A DNA stretch of 64,000 bases from Parcubacteria bacterium C7867-008 (GCA_001189215.1 LFCR01000004.1:162244-226243); one strand, 5' to 3'. Shown: positions 8,751 through 19,457, counted from the stretch's first letter. The notes: generated from the letters alone by a model not told the origin. Program-made: numbers and translations.

Positions 8751-9709
8751 ACCCGAACGAAACATCATTCCTCAAAAAGCATGGTGACCTCTTACAATCC
8801 GGAGGCGTGTTGCTCGTAGGGTCGGTGTTGCTATCAGGTGCTGCATTCGCCGCACTTTCGTCATTTGATGTAGTACCTGAAGAAGTACAGACGGCTATTG
8901 CCATTAATGCAATTCCCGCACCTAACGCATATGAGAACATTCGTCTCATTGGTGAATCTGCCATTGTGTATGACCTCGTAACAGGCGAGACGCTGTATGC
9001 ACAGGACGCAGATCGCGCACTTCCGCTTGCTTCTATTACCAAACTTCTCACCATGTATGCCGCTACCGGTACCCTTCAGGATGCTTCACCGGTTTCCATA
9101 ACTCCAGAAGCTCTTGCTCAAGAGGGTGAAAGCGGATTTACAGAAGGTGAGACGTTTGCCTTCAAAGACCTTGCACGCCTTACACTCGTTGCATCTTCTA
9201 ATGACGGTGCTGCGGCAATTGCAGACGCTGCAGCGATAAGTAAGAACATGGATGATGCTGAGCTCCTTCAAAGGGCAGCAGCTCTCGCAGGACTAAGTCA
9301 CACACGTGCAGAGAATGCTACTGGTCTAGATATAAGCACCACCGAAGCAGGTGCATACGGTTCAGCACGTGATGTTGCTACTCTTGCCGGGAAGTTGCTC
9401 GCAAAAGCACCAGCGATAGCCGGTAGTACCGTTGCACGATCTATTACCGTTCGCTCACAAGACGGTACCGTACACACCCTTCCTAATACCAACCAAGATG
9501 TAGTGCATGTGTCAGGTATCTTACTTTCAAAGACAGGGTACACCGATCTGGCAGGTGGCAATCTTGTCGTGATTTATGATGCGGGATTCGGACATCCGGT
9601 GGCCGTTGTAGTACTTGGCTCAAGCAAACAAGGTCGATTCATTGATGTAGAGAATCTGATACGCGCTACGGGGGCGCACTTTGCAGGCGTAAGCGATAGT
9701 TCTATCTAA
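8747..9709 (+). CDS. D-alanyl-D-alanine carboxypeptidase (serine-type, PBP5-like)
   Basis: SITKLL (SxxK), SSND (SxN) and KTGYT (KTG) motifs. Signal/TM at N-terminus. Confidence 0.75.
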   Translation: MNPNETSFLKKHGDLLQSGGVLLVGSVLLSGAAFAALSSFDVVPEEVQTAIAINAIPAPNAYENIRLIGESAIVYDLVTGETLYAQDADRALPLASITKLLTMYAATGTLQDASPVSITPEALAQEGESGFTEGETFAFKDLARLTLVASSNDGAAAIADAAAISKNMDDAELLQRAAALAGLSHTRAENATGLDISTTEAGAYGSARDVATLAGKLLAKAPAIAGSTVARSITVRSQDGTVHTLPNTNQDVVHVSGILLSKTGYTDLAGGNLVVIYDAGFGHPVAVVVLGSSKQGRFIDVENLIRATGAHFAGVSDSSI

Positions 9710-9710
9710 T

Positions 9711-10775
9711 ATGATTATCTTCGACGCAGCCCGTGTACTCATCCCATTTGTCATCTCGTTCGCCGTAGGTATAGCGGCAGCACCCCTTCTTACGCACTAT
9801 CTATATAAGTACAAGGCGTGGAAGAAGAAAGGGGGGAAAGGGAAGGGTATGGGAGATGATACCGGCACTCCACTCTTTGATGGTCTCCATAAAGAACGGG
9901 AAGTCTCAACACCACGCATGGGTGGCATCTTGGTCTGGGGAACGGTGCTCGCAACCGTACTTGGCCTTGCCATTCTTGGGTGGCTCGTACCTGAACCATT
10001 TGCTGCATTAGACTTTGTTAATCGTGGACAGACCTGGCTACCACTCTTTGCCCTTATCGTAGGAGGTCTTGCCGGTCTTGCTGATGATGTTCTTGAGGTA
10101 ACAAAGAGTGCTGGAGGTCTTTCCCTTAAGTGGCGTCTCCTTATTGTTGCGACCTTTGGTCTCTTTGCTGGTTGGTGGTTCTACGCAAAGCTCGGTGTAT
10201 CTGCAGTTGGTCTGCCGTTCGTTGGTGCGATACCGCTTGGTCTCTTCTTTATTCCATTCTTCGTGATAGTGGTACTCGCTATTTATGCGAGTGGTGTGAT
10301 TGATGGTATTGATGGCCTGGCTGGAGGCATCTTTGCCATTATCTTTATGGCGTATGCTGCTATCGCCTTTGCACAGAACCAGGTAGCACTTGCGGCACTT
10401 GCTGCCAGTATCTCTGGGGCAACCTTTGCCTTCCTTTGGTTTAATATTCCGCCTGCTCGCTTCTATCTTTCAGAGACCGGTAGCATGGCACTCACTATGA
10501 CCCTTGCCGTTATAGCGTTCTCGGCAGACGTACTTGGTGATGGTGTTGGTGTTGCCGTGCTACCAATCATTGCCTTTCCTCTTTTCATAACCGTGGTAAC
10601 AAGCATGCTTCAGGTATTCTTCAAGAAAGTATTCAAACGAAAGCTTTTCCACATTGCACCTATTCATCATCACTTTGAAGTTCTTGGGTGGCCTGCGTAT
10701 AAGGTGACGATGCGATATTGGGTTATTACCATTATCGCGAGTATATTTGGTATTGCTATCGCATTACTTAAGTAG
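9711..10775 (+). CDS. mraY: phospho-N-acetylmuramoyl-pentapeptide transferase
   Basis: Polytopic. TPRMGG motif. Adjacent to ftsW and murG. Confidence 0.85.
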   Translation: MIIFDAARVLIPFVISFAVGIAAAPLLTHYLYKYKAWKKKGGKGKGMGDDTGTPLFDGLHKEREVSTPRMGGILVWGTVLATVLGLAILGWLVPEPFAALDFVNRGQTWLPLFALIVGGLAGLADDVLEVTKSAGGLSLKWRLLIVATFGLFAGWWFYAKLGVSAVGLPFVGAIPLGLFFIPFFVIVVLAIYASGVIDGIDGLAGGIFAIIFMAYAAIAFAQNQVALAALAASISGATFAFLWFNIPPARFYLSETGSMALTMTLAVIAFSADVLGDGVGVAVLPIIAFPLFITVVTSMLQVFFKKVFKRKLFHIAPIHHHFEVLGWPAYKVTMRYWVITIIASIFGIAIALLK

Positions 10776-10813
10776 GGGATAGGGATGTTCGCACAAATGC
10801 TACAGTAGGTAGC

Positions 10814-11935
10814 ATGAAAGCACTGCGCTTTAGTCTTTCTGGTGATCGTATCTTCGCCAGCATTGTTTTGATACTCGTTGTTACGGGTATCGCTATCTTT
10901 GCCAGTGCTGCTCTCGGTCTCCTTGCTCGTGCGGGTGCCACTCCAGGCAAACTAGCGGTCACTCAGATTCTTCTTGGTTTAATACCAGGCATCATTGCAC
11001 TACTTGGTCTGCGATTTGTACCACCCAAGATGCTCTTGAAGCTCGTGGTGCCCGTGTATGTGCTCACCATTATCCTGACGCTCCTTACCTTTACACCGCT
11101 CGGTGTAACGATTAACGGTGCGCGTCGCTGGATTGAACTTGGATTCACTACGGTACAACCGGGGGAATTCCTTAAAGTATCGGTAATCCTCATGATGGCG
11201 GTATACCTTGCTCATGCAAAACAGAAGATCACTGAATATAAACATGGACTCATTCCATTTGCTGCGATCGTGGGTATACCAAGTGCGATACTTCTTCTTC
11301 AGCCAAACACCTCTACGGTTCTTATTATCGGCGCTGCCTGTGCGGTAATGTATTTCCTTGCTGGAGCTCCCTGGAGAGACTTTGCCATTATTGCAGCCTG
11401 CAGTATTGCTGCGCTAACGGCTCTTGTATTCATGCGCCCCTATCTCATGAACCGTGTTATGACATTCATGCATCCTGCACATAATGCACACACCAGTGGA
11501 TACCAGATCCAACAGTCTCTTATTGCTATTGGTTCAGGTGGACTACTGGGTAGAGGGTTTGGACAGAGTGTTCAGAAGTTTAACTACCTACCTGAACCCG
11601 TGGGTGACTCAATATTCGCCGTCTTTGGCGAAGAGTTTGGATTCCTTGGTACCGTGTTACTCATTCTATTGTTCGTTGCCTTTGCTATGCGTGGACTCAT
11701 GATTGCAGCTGAAGCCTCGACACAGTTTGGTGCACTTGCGGTTACTGGCCTTACCCTCCTCATAACCTTCTCTGCATTCCTTAACATTGGCGCCATGTTG
11801 AGTATCTTGCCCCTAACCGGTCTACCATTGCCGTTTATTAGTCATGGTGGAACGGCACTTATGTCTGCACTAGCATCGGTGGGTATTATTCTGAACGTGG
11901 CTGCGCATCGTACAAAGAAGCGTGCTGCACTATAG
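10814..11935 (+). CDS. ftsW: SEDS-family peptidoglycan glycosyltransferase FtsW/RodA
   Basis: PEPVGDSIFAVFGEEFGFLG motif. 10 TM helices. Position between mraY and murG. Confidence 0.85.
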   Translation: MKALRFSLSGDRIFASIVLILVVTGIAIFASAALGLLARAGATPGKLAVTQILLGLIPGIIALLGLRFVPPKMLLKLVVPVYVLTIILTLLTFTPLGVTINGARRWIELGFTTVQPGEFLKVSVILMMAVYLAHAKQKITEYKHGLIPFAAIVGIPSAILLLQPNTSTVLIIGAACAVMYFLAGAPWRDFAIIAACSIAALTALVFMRPYLMNRVMTFMHPAHNAHTSGYQIQQSLIAIGSGGLLGRGFGQSVQKFNYLPEPVGDSIFAVFGEEFGFLGTVLLILLFVAFAMRGLMIAAEASTQFGALAVTGLTLLITFSAFLNIGAMLSILPLTGLPLPFISHGGTALMSALASVGIILNVAAHRTKKRAAL

Positions 11936-11937
11936 CT

Positions 11938-12375
11938 ATGGAAGGTTGTCGAAAAGGAATAGATTACACGGGCATCTGCGTTGTGTTTTCTTGCCACGAT
12001 GGGAAAGGGAACTATCTGCTCTGCAAGCGCACCGAGCAATGTCGCGACGAACATGGGGCATGGGAGCCAGGTAGTGGGGCAGTGGATATTGGAGAGGATG
12101 TGGTTGAAACTCTTGAAAAAGAGATTAGGGAGGAATACGGTACTGAACCAATTGAATATGAGTTTATGGGATTCCGAGACATGCACCGTGAACATAATGG
12201 TGAACAGACGCATTGGCTCGCTATGGATTACAAAGTACTAGTGGATCCCGCAACCGTAGTTAATGGGGAACCCCACAAACATGACGAAATAGGGTGGTTC
12301 AAAATGGGAGCCTTTCCAGAACCACTGCACTCCCAATACCCAGCCTACTTGAAGAAGTACAAAGGAATCCTATAG
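11938..12375 (+). CDS. NUDIX hydrolase
   Basis: Nudix box GSGAVDIGEDVVETLEKEIREEYG. Confidence 0.7.
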   Translation: MEGCRKGIDYTGICVVFSCHDGKGNYLLCKRTEQCRDEHGAWEPGSGAVDIGEDVVETLEKEIREEYGTEPIEYEFMGFRDMHREHNGEQTHWLAMDYKVLVDPATVVNGEPHKHDEIGWFKMGAFPEPLHSQYPAYLKKYKGIL

Positions 12376-12406
12376 ACCCTATATGGTATAGTCCTTATAA
12401 CTACTT

Positions 12407-13573
12407 ATGAAAATCGTGTTTACGGGCGGAGGTACCGGCGGACATTTCTATCCTATTATTGCGGTCGCTGAAGCGGTCCAGAAGATTGTTGCAGAAGAAC
12501 GACTCCTTCCTCCGAGTCTCTATTACATCGCACCTACTCAATACGACGAGCAGGCACTCTTTGAGAACGATATTCAATTCATCAAGTGTCCAGCAGGGAA
12601 GGTTCGACGGTACTTCTCGGTATCCAATTTCACGGATGCGTTCGTAACACTCTCAGGTACCTTCAAGGCTTTTTTCACACTCCTTAAGATCTATCCGGAC
12701 GTGGTGTTCTCTAAGGGTGGTTTTGCTAGCGTACCGACCGTACTTGCGGCACACCTCCTACGAATCCCGATCATCATTCATGAGTCTGATTCAAAACCAG
12801 GGAAGGCAAACCTTCTTGCAGCAAAGTATGCCTATCGCATTGCAGTAACCTTCAACTCTTCGATACCAATGTTCCCCGAGAAGACTCGTGCAAACATCGC
12901 ACGTACGGGTATACCGATTCGTGCGGCGCTTGCTATGCCCCTACCGGCAGGAGCAGCACAAGAACTAGGACTGGACGCAAACATTCCAACTATATTCATC
13001 CTTGGAGGCTCAACCGGTTCAAAGAAGATTAATGAGGTCGTACTTCAAGCACTTCCTGACCTTACAAGCTTTGCTAATGTGATACACCAGACCGGTAAAG
13101 ATAACTTCACTGAGGTTGAAGCAACCGCAAAGGTTATTCTTGGTTCGAGCGAACATGCTAACCGATATCATGCGTTCCCATTCTTGGGACGTGATGCAAT
13201 GCGCATGGCAGCAGGTGCCGCATCACTCGTTGTGTCTCGTGCAGGCGCAACCTCTATCACAGAGATTTCTCTTTGGCACAAGCCATCTATTCTTATTCCA
13301 ATTCCTGAATCAGTGAGTCACGACCAGAGAACTAATGCATACGCGTATGCACACACTGGTGCTGCCGAGGTACTTGAGGAGCATAATATGACGCCACACA
13401 TTCTTGCGTCTGAAGCGCGTCGCATCACGAGTGATCAGAACGTATGGCAAACCATGGCAAATGCCAGTATGACCTTTGCCAATGCAGATGCTGCTGCCCT
13501 TATTGCTAAAGAACTCATTCGTATTGGTATGTCTCATAACCCCACGGAGGCAGCATCGGCTCCCATGGTATGA
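12407..13573 (+). CDS. murG: UDP-GlcNAc:undecaprenyl-PP-MurNAc-pentapeptide GlcNAc transferase
   Basis: MKIVFTGGGTGGHFYP N-terminus. Confidence 0.85.
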   Translation: MKIVFTGGGTGGHFYPIIAVAEAVQKIVAEERLLPPSLYYIAPTQYDEQALFENDIQFIKCPAGKVRRYFSVSNFTDAFVTLSGTFKAFFTLLKIYPDVVFSKGGFASVPTVLAAHLLRIPIIIHESDSKPGKANLLAAKYAYRIAVTFNSSIPMFPEKTRANIARTGIPIRAALAMPLPAGAAQELGLDANIPTIFILGGSTGSKKINEVVLQALPDLTSFANVIHQTGKDNFTEVEATAKVILGSSEHANRYHAFPFLGRDAMRMAAGAASLVVSRAGATSITEISLWHKPSILIPIPESVSHDQRTNAYAYAHTGAAEVLEEHNMTPHILASEARRITSDQNVWQTMANASMTFANADAAALIAKELIRIGMSHNPTEAASAPMV

Positions 13574-14880
13574 ACGTAAAGACTCGCATTGCACCCAGTC
13601 CCACAGGATGGCTCCATATCGGTACCGCACGTACTGCACTCTTCTGCTATCTCTATGCAAAGCACCATGGAGGAACCTTTGCGGTTCGTAGTGAAGACAC
13701 AGACCGCGTGCGTAGCCTACCAGAATATGAAGAGGAGATTCTTGCAGGTCTCAAGTGGTTAGGACTAGAACATGATGAGTTTGTTCGTCAGAGTGAGCGC
13801 GTATCTCGTCATAAAGAACTGCTTGAAACGCTTGTTGCAGAAGGAACAGCCTATATCTCTGAGGAAGAGAGCAAGAGTGAGGCAGGGAAGACAGTACAAG
13901 TCGTACGTCTCAAGAACCCAGGCAAGAGTGTAACCTTCACAGACCTCGTTCGTGGAGAGATTACCTTTGATACCGCAGATCTAGGGGACTTTGTTATTGC
14001 ACGAGCTATTGATGATCCTCTCTATCACTTTGCGGTGGTAGTAGACGACATGGATATGGAGATCACGCACGTCATTCGTGGTGAAGATCACATATCTAAT
14101 ACACCTCGTCAGATACTTATTCAGGAAGCACTTGGTGCTCCTCGTCCTAAATATGCACATCTTCCCCTTATCTTGGCAGCAGACCGTACGAAGCTTTCAA
14201 AGCGTCATGGAGCGACATCTATTGCAGACTATCGTAACGAAGGATTCCTTCCAGAAGCAATGGTTAATTTCATCGGTATGCTTGGATGGAATCCCGGTAA
14301 CGATAGGGAAGAGTACTCACTCGCAGAGTTTGTTGAAGCCTTTGAACTAGATGGCGTACAAAAGCATGGTGCTATCTGGAACCGTGAGAAGCTGTTGGAT
14401 GTTAATCAGCAATGGATGCGTAAACTGTCTGATGAAGAGTTTATTGCACAAGGAAGCCTCAGTTCTCCAGACAATTCAAAACTTCAGAAGATCGTACCTC
14501 TTCTAAAAGAGCGCGCTAAGACATTTGCAGAAGCTCGTGACATGATCACCGGAGAACTCAACTGCCTATTTACCGCACCAACGCTAGACCTTGCTTTGCT
14601 CACATCTAAATCTGATGCAACGGCAGTACACCTTCGTGCACTTCTAGAACTTCATGAAGGTCTTGCAGATGATATGACTCCTGACGAAATAAAAGCGCTA
14701 TTAATGCCCTATGCTGATGGTATTTCTAAAGAAGAGGGTGGCCGTGGCGCTGCACTATGGCCTCTACGCTACGCACTTTCGGGTGAAGAACGATCACCAG
14801 ACCCGTTTACACTCATTTCTATACTTGGTCTAGAAGAAAGCCGCGTGCGCATACAAAACGCCCTTGATATACTAGGGTAA
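13570..14880 (+). CDS. gltX: glutamyl-tRNA synthetase
   Basis: PSPTGWLHIGTARTALF and KLSKR motifs. Confidence 0.9.
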   Translation: MNVKTRIAPSPTGWLHIGTARTALFCYLYAKHHGGTFAVRSEDTDRVRSLPEYEEEILAGLKWLGLEHDEFVRQSERVSRHKELLETLVAEGTAYISEEESKSEAGKTVQVVRLKNPGKSVTFTDLVRGEITFDTADLGDFVIARAIDDPLYHFAVVVDDMDMEITHVIRGEDHISNTPRQILIQEALGAPRPKYAHLPLILAADRTKLSKRHGATSIADYRNEGFLPEAMVNFIGMLGWNPGNDREEYSLAEFVEAFELDGVQKHGAIWNREKLLDVNQQWMRKLSDEEFIAQGSLSSPDNSKLQKIVPLLKERAKTFAEARDMITGELNCLFTAPTLDLALLTSKSDATAVHLRALLELHEGLADDMTPDEIKALLMPYADGISKEEGGRGAALWPLRYALSGEERSPDPFTLISILGLEESRVRIQNALDILG

Positions 14881-16250
14881 TGAGTTCCTTAGGCGATATC
14901 CTCTCAAAAAAGAATATTAGCCGTGGCATTATTGCCACATTATGTTTGCTCGTACTTGCGAGTGCTGCGCCAGAACATCCTGCATTTGCCCAGACTGCGG
15001 TTGAAGTACAAGCACAGATTGATGAGCATAATGCAAAAATCAAAGCACTCGATGCTGAGATTGCTGCCTATCAACAACAGTTGAATGTACTGGGTGGTCA
15101 GAAGCAAACACTTACTTCTGCTATTAAAACGATTGATGTCTCACGCCAGCAGACCAGTACACAGGTGAAAGTAACGGAGAACAAGATTGGCGCGACCGAT
15201 CTTGAACTCTCACAAATCCGTAGGGACATCGCTACTAAACAAGATCTAATTGAACTTGATCGTGATGCCGTTGCTCGAGCTATACGTAACCTACAAATGG
15301 CAAATGAGACAACGCTTGTGGAGCAGATCTTTGCTGCAGATACCCTTACTGACGCATGGACGGATGTTGATCGTTCCGCCAGCATCACTGATGCACTGCG
15401 CGCACAAGTAGATGCGCTGTCTGGGGCTAAAATTGCACTCGCAGGTCAGGAGAACACCGCAGCATCAACACGAGACAAACTTGCTTCTCTTCAGAAGGAG
15501 CTTGTGACACAGCAGAAAGCACTTGATGCAAACAAAGCAGCAAAGGCAGCACTGCTTGCACAAACCAAGAATCAGGAGGGAACGTATCAGAGCCTTATCG
15601 CAAAAAAACGTGCAGAGCAGAAAGCGTTCGAATCTGAACTCTCTGCACTGGAAGACAGTTTGAAGGTTACCGTTAACACCGGAAGTATTCCACACGTAGG
15701 AAGTGGTGTGCTTGCATGGCCATTCTCTTCAACCTTCGCACAGAGTTGTCTCGGGAAGGCAGGAGTACTTGGCAATAACTTCTGTATTACACAGTACTTT
15801 GGTACAACGCCTTTCTCAACGGCTAACCCACAGGTATATAATGGCTCTGGTCACAACGCGATTGATATTGGTATGCCTAGTGGAACACCCGTGCTTGCCG
15901 CACTATCCGGTACAGTTCTTGGTACTGGCAACACTGATGCAGTTCCTGGTTGCTACTCCTTTGGTAAGTGGGTATTGGTACAACATGCGAACGGTTTGGA
16001 TACCCTATATTCTCACTTGTCTCAAATTTCTGTATCACCGGGCCAGGGAGTCTCAACAGGGGACGCTGTTGGGTATTCTGGTATGACTGGCTATGCAACC
16101 GGTCCACATCTTCACTTTGGTGTGTATGTATCTCAAGCAACACAGATTATGACGCTTCAAGCGTATCGTGGTGCAACCTCACCATGTGCAAATGCTCGTA
16201 TGCCTGTGGCACCAAAGGATGCGTATCTAAACCCGATGTCGTATCTATAG
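14880..16250 (+). CDS. M23 (LytM) peptidase with N-terminal signal and coiled coil (EnvC-like)
   Basis: Coiled-coil region then GHNAIDIG..HLHFGVY M23 motifs. Confidence 0.75.
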   Translation: MSSLGDILSKKNISRGIIATLCLLVLASAAPEHPAFAQTAVEVQAQIDEHNAKIKALDAEIAAYQQQLNVLGGQKQTLTSAIKTIDVSRQQTSTQVKVTENKIGATDLELSQIRRDIATKQDLIELDRDAVARAIRNLQMANETTLVEQIFAADTLTDAWTDVDRSASITDALRAQVDALSGAKIALAGQENTAASTRDKLASLQKELVTQQKALDANKAAKAALLAQTKNQEGTYQSLIAKKRAEQKAFESELSALEDSLKVTVNTGSIPHVGSGVLAWPFSSTFAQSCLGKAGVLGNNFCITQYFGTTPFSTANPQVYNGSGHNAIDIGMPSGTPVLAALSGTVLGTGNTDAVPGCYSFGKWVLVQHANGLDTLYSHLSQISVSPGQGVSTGDAVGYSGMTGYATGPHLHFGVYVSQATQIMTLQAYRGATSPCANARMPVAPKDAYLNPMSYL

Positions 16251-16254
16251 AATT

Positions 16255-16899
16255 ATGACTACCGATGATTCTGCAAAAAAGATCTGGGAGTATATGCAGC
16301 TTCATCATGAGCTTGAGAAAGCAGATGCCCTCTTTGTGCTTGGGAGTAGCGACCTTCGTGTTGCAGAATACGCTGCCGACTTATATCTAGCTGGGTGGGC
16401 ACCACTCATTATATTTTCTGGAAAGGAGGGTCGAGCGAAGACTACACGTGAGTGGACCGGTCTTACCGAGGCTGAAAAGTTTGGTGAAATTGCACTCGAA
16501 CGAGGTGTACCTGAAGATGCAATTCTTCTTGAAAAGGAAGCAACCAATACCGGAGAGAACATTATTTATACAAAACGATTACTAGAAGAAAGTAACATAG
16601 CACCAAAGAAACTTATCTTACTGCAGAAGCCGTACATGGAGCGTCGCACCTATGCGTCTTTTATGAAGCAGTGGCCAGGTATGGATTTTATCGTTAGCTC
16701 TCCGAATCTTACCTTTGAAGAATATCCCTTTGGGACAAAGACTAAAGAATATTTGATCAATATGATGGTTGGGGATCTCCAACGAATTAAAGAATACCCA
16801 GCTCTTGGGTTCCAAATCGAGCAAGAAATTCCAAGTGGTGTTTGGGAAGCATATGAGCAATTAGTTGCAGAAGGGTATACGAGCCACTTGATCCACTAG
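16255..16899 (+). CDS. DUF218/YdcF (ElyC-like) family protein
   Basis: ALFVLGSSD...TNTGENI pattern. Confidence 0.6.
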   Translation: MTTDDSAKKIWEYMQLHHELEKADALFVLGSSDLRVAEYAADLYLAGWAPLIIFSGKEGRAKTTREWTGLTEAEKFGEIALERGVPEDAILLEKEATNTGENIIYTKRLLEESNIAPKKLILLQKPYMERRTYASFMKQWPGMDFIVSSPNLTFEEYPFGTKTKEYLINMMVGDLQRIKEYPALGFQIEQEIPSGVWEAYEQLVAEGYTSHLIH

Positions 16900-16956
16900 A
16901 TAAAAAGGTAGGGGACCGACGCTCGGACGAAATAGTATCGTCGTTGCGTCGGTCCC
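16899..16956 (-). terminator. intrinsic terminator for the - strand cassette
   Basis: Perfect stem gggaccgacgc/gcgtcggtccc. A-run on + strand upstream gives a T-run on the - strand. Confidence 0.65.
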
Positions 16957-16964
16957 GTGTCGGC

Positions 16965-17204
16965 CTATTCGGCCGTGTGCCAGACGATGGTCGCGTCCTC
17001 GAGGTCGAGGAAGCCGCCGACCATGCTGTTGAAGTTCATCATCCTGCTGGGGTCGATCTCGATCTCGTAGACGAGGTCGACCTTGGTGAACCTGATCGCC
17101 TCCGAGCACTGGAGGGCCTCCAGGTTCTTCGGCAGCTGCCCGTTGGGCTTGGTCAGGGTCAGGGTGACCTTGGTCCAGGGCTTGGTGGCGGTTTGCGTGT
17201 TCAT
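16965..17204 (-). CDS. 79-aa GC-rich protein of unknown function
   Basis: ATG preceded by AGGAG on the - strand. GC visibly high in 16900-17210. Terminator immediately downstream. Confidence 0.5.
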   Translation of the reverse strand: MNTQTATKPWTKVTLTLTKPNGQLPKNLEALQCSEAIRFTKVDLVYEIEIDPSRMMNFNSMVGGFLDLEDATIVWHTAE

Positions 17205-17306
17205 CAGAACTGCTCCTCTGCTTGCGTTCTGGATATACTAATAACATAGTATAGTTATTTTGTCAATATCAGGGGATTTTAGCCCAATCTGTGGATACCT
17301 CTGATC

Positions 17307-17888
17307 TTGTATACTCAACGTATGCGAACCACGAAGTATACCCGTGCACTCAAACATCTTGAGTGGGATGCAATCATCATCGTTTTCAGCGTCCTCCTTG
17401 CACTCTTCTTAGTTGAGATTGGGGCCTTTGAACGATTCCTAAACTTTGCCCAAGGAATTGATCTTGTTGCAGCATTCATTGCGGGTATTTTCTTCACCTC
17501 AACGTTCACCATTGCACCTGCGTCCATTGCCTTCGTTGAAATAGGGAATGCAAGCAATATGATTCAGGTTGCCGTTGCAGGAGCACTCGGTGCGGTGTGT
17601 GGAGACATGATTCTCTTCTTTTTTATACGCGACACAATCATGGAAGACTTGAAGACCGTGCTTCGGAAAAAGAACTACCACAAGATCATTGCGTTTACAC
17701 ACGGAGGAATTATGCGCTGGCTGTCACCCGTAATAGGTGCACTTATCATTGCTTCTCCACTACCTGATGAAGTTGGTCTTACGATCATGGGCATGTCTAA
17801 GATACGTTCAACGTATCTTATACCTATTGCCTTTGTTATGAACTTCCTAGGTATCTGGGCAATTATTTCTATTGCCGTTGCACTTTAA
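17307..17888 (+). CDS. membrane protein (193 aa)
   Basis: Hydrophobic. Backbone GC. Confidence 0.55.
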   Translation: MYTQRMRTTKYTRALKHLEWDAIIIVFSVLLALFLVEIGAFERFLNFAQGIDLVAAFIAGIFFTSTFTIAPASIAFVEIGNASNMIQVAVAGALGAVCGDMILFFFIRDTIMEDLKTVLRKKNYHKIIAFTHGGIMRWLSPVIGALIIASPLPDEVGLTIMGMSKIRSTYLIPIAFVMNFLGIWAIISIAVAL

Positions 17889-18532
17889 GTTTTAGTGTCT
17901 CGAACTCGCCAAAGCACTCTGCTTGCGAAGGTACGATGCGGAGACCATTTAGCTGCAATAATTTCTAATTCTTTTATGGGTACGTCTTTAGGGAGATTGT
18001 AGAGTTGCTCAATAGAACGACGTAGGCCGAGATCACCGGGAGAGAACACGTCCTCTCGTTCAAGAGCGAACATGAGAAACATCTCAGCAGTCCAGCGGCC
18101 AATACCCCATACAGAACTTAGGGCAGCTATTGCTTCTTCTTCGGGAATATTTTTTAACTTCTCCAGCTTTAATTCACCAGAGAGTATCGCCTTAGAGAGT
18201 TCCTTAAGAGATTTTGCCTTTGCTGCAGATAGTCCCGCTTTGCGTAGAGTGGGGGTGCGGAGCTTGGTAATAGCTTCCGGAGTAACCTCACCACCGCAGG
18301 TAGTTTTAAGGCGTTCCCATATAGTATCTGCTGCTTTGGTGGAGAGCTGTTGGCCCACAATTGCTCCTGCCAGCGCTTCAAATAGCTTCTTATACGAACG
18401 ACGATGGCCCTTTCGATTCAGGATCTCCTGCGCATGTGGTAGGGAAGCTGCATAGAGTATCGGGTCAACCTTTCGTAGGTGCAGAAGTGGGATGGCTTCC
18501 TTTTCCCCCACACGTGCTTTCACAGGCTTCAT
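17885..18532 (-). CDS. HhH-GPD base-excision DNA glycosylase (AlkA-like)
   Basis: LAGAIVGQQLS and WGIGRWTAEMFLMFAL...GDLGL motifs. Confidence 0.75.
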   Translation of the reverse strand: MKPVKARVGEKEAIPLLHLRKVDPILYAASLPHAQEILNRKGHRRSYKKLFEALAGAIVGQQLSTKAADTIWERLKTTCGGEVTPEAITKLRTPTLRKAGLSAAKAKSLKELSKAILSGELKLEKLKNIPEEEAIAALSSVWGIGRWTAEMFLMFALEREDVFSPGDLGLRRSIEQLYNLPKDVPIKELEIIAAKWSPHRTFASRVLWRVRDTKT

Positions 18533-18764
18533 GGGGCCAGTATACTGGTATTTATATGGTACGTCTTATTGTCTGGATTGTTGTGGGGCTACTCGCCTTA
18601 TCGTTCTTCGGGGTATCTCTACGCAATCTTGTTGATTCTCCAACAAACCAGGAGAATATTTCCTTTCTCTCACAACTTCTCCAGCAGGGCTGGGGATCTA
18701 TTAGTATGTGGCTCCATGGGGTGATTGATCCGATCATGAAGCTATTACACTTGCCGATGTAAGT

Positions 18765-19013
18765 ATGGAGGAACGACCTATTTCAATCACCATACCGAGA
18801 GACGCACACCCTTCTTTCTCTAATGCTACCCAAGTAACGGTTTCCGATGATTCGGTGATCTTGCAGTTTGCATACGTGCGCCCAGACCACACCACGGGAC
18901 AACTCATTTCTGAAGTGGTGCTTTCTCCTAAGCATGCGATCGATTTCAGTCGAGCCCTTGATGCAACCATCAAACAACATTTCACGAGACACTTGAAGGA
19001 TTTGGGGATGTAG
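18765..19013 (+). CDS. hypothetical protein (82 aa)
   Basis: Backbone-type codon usage. Preferred over the overlapping antisense ORF 18734-19195. Confidence 0.4.
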   Translation: MEERPISITIPRDAHPSFSNATQVTVSDDSVILQFAYVRPDHTTGQLISEVVLSPKHAIDFSRALDATIKQHFTRHLKDLGM

Positions 19014-19113
19014 TGAGGCCGTTTCTGGTCTTCATGAAATACACAGCCCGTATTAGGTATAAGGTATGTAGTCAGTAGCAACTCACTGACACTCATTAAC
19101 CTTACTGATAGAT

Positions 19114-19347
19114 ATGAAAACGCTACTTTTCGGTGCAGTCGCATTAGCTGCCGTGGTCGCCGTCCCGGGCGTCTCCCTCGCGCAGACCTATGCATACGTT
19201 AACCAGAGCGGAGAAGTGATGACCACGGATGCACCCAATGCAAACCAGGCCATTATGACCGCTCCAAATATCGGCCTACATAGCGGAGTAATGCTGCTCC
19301 AAGACAGCTCTGATCCCGTTGTGGGCGATACGGTGAACGGCGTCTAG
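19114..19347 (+). CDS. small secreted protein (77 aa, signal peptide), GC-rich cassette
   Basis: N-terminal MKTLLFGAVALAAVVAVPGVSLA. Perfect 14-bp terminator downstream. Confidence 0.5.
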   Translation: MKTLLFGAVALAAVVAVPGVSLAQTYAYVNQSGEVMTTDAPNANQAIMTAPNIGLHSGVMLLQDSSDPVVGDTVNGV

Positions 19348-19367
19348 CTCTTTGCTCTTTCGTTCAG

Positions 19368-19410
19368 CATACAGGGACGGCTTTCGCCGTCCCTGTATGC
19401 ATTTACTTCA
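19368..19410 (+). terminator. intrinsic terminator
   Basis: Stem catacagggacggc/gccgtccctgtatg, loop tttc, T-rich tail. Confidence 0.65.
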
Positions 19411-19457
19411 TGAAGAAAATGTTTCCTTATTTGCACACCTTGATACACTTATACTTA

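Noticed and set aside
16861-17249. ORFs 16861-17247 (-) and 16944-17249 (+) in the GC-rich patch.
   Set aside because: These are alternative frames of the same GC-rich segment. Only 16965-17204 (-) has an SD plus ATG and a matching downstream terminator.
18734-19195. 153-aa - strand ORF overlapping 18765-19013.
   Set aside because: The translation is Arg/Ser/Cys-rich junk and antisense to a better + strand ORF. No SD.
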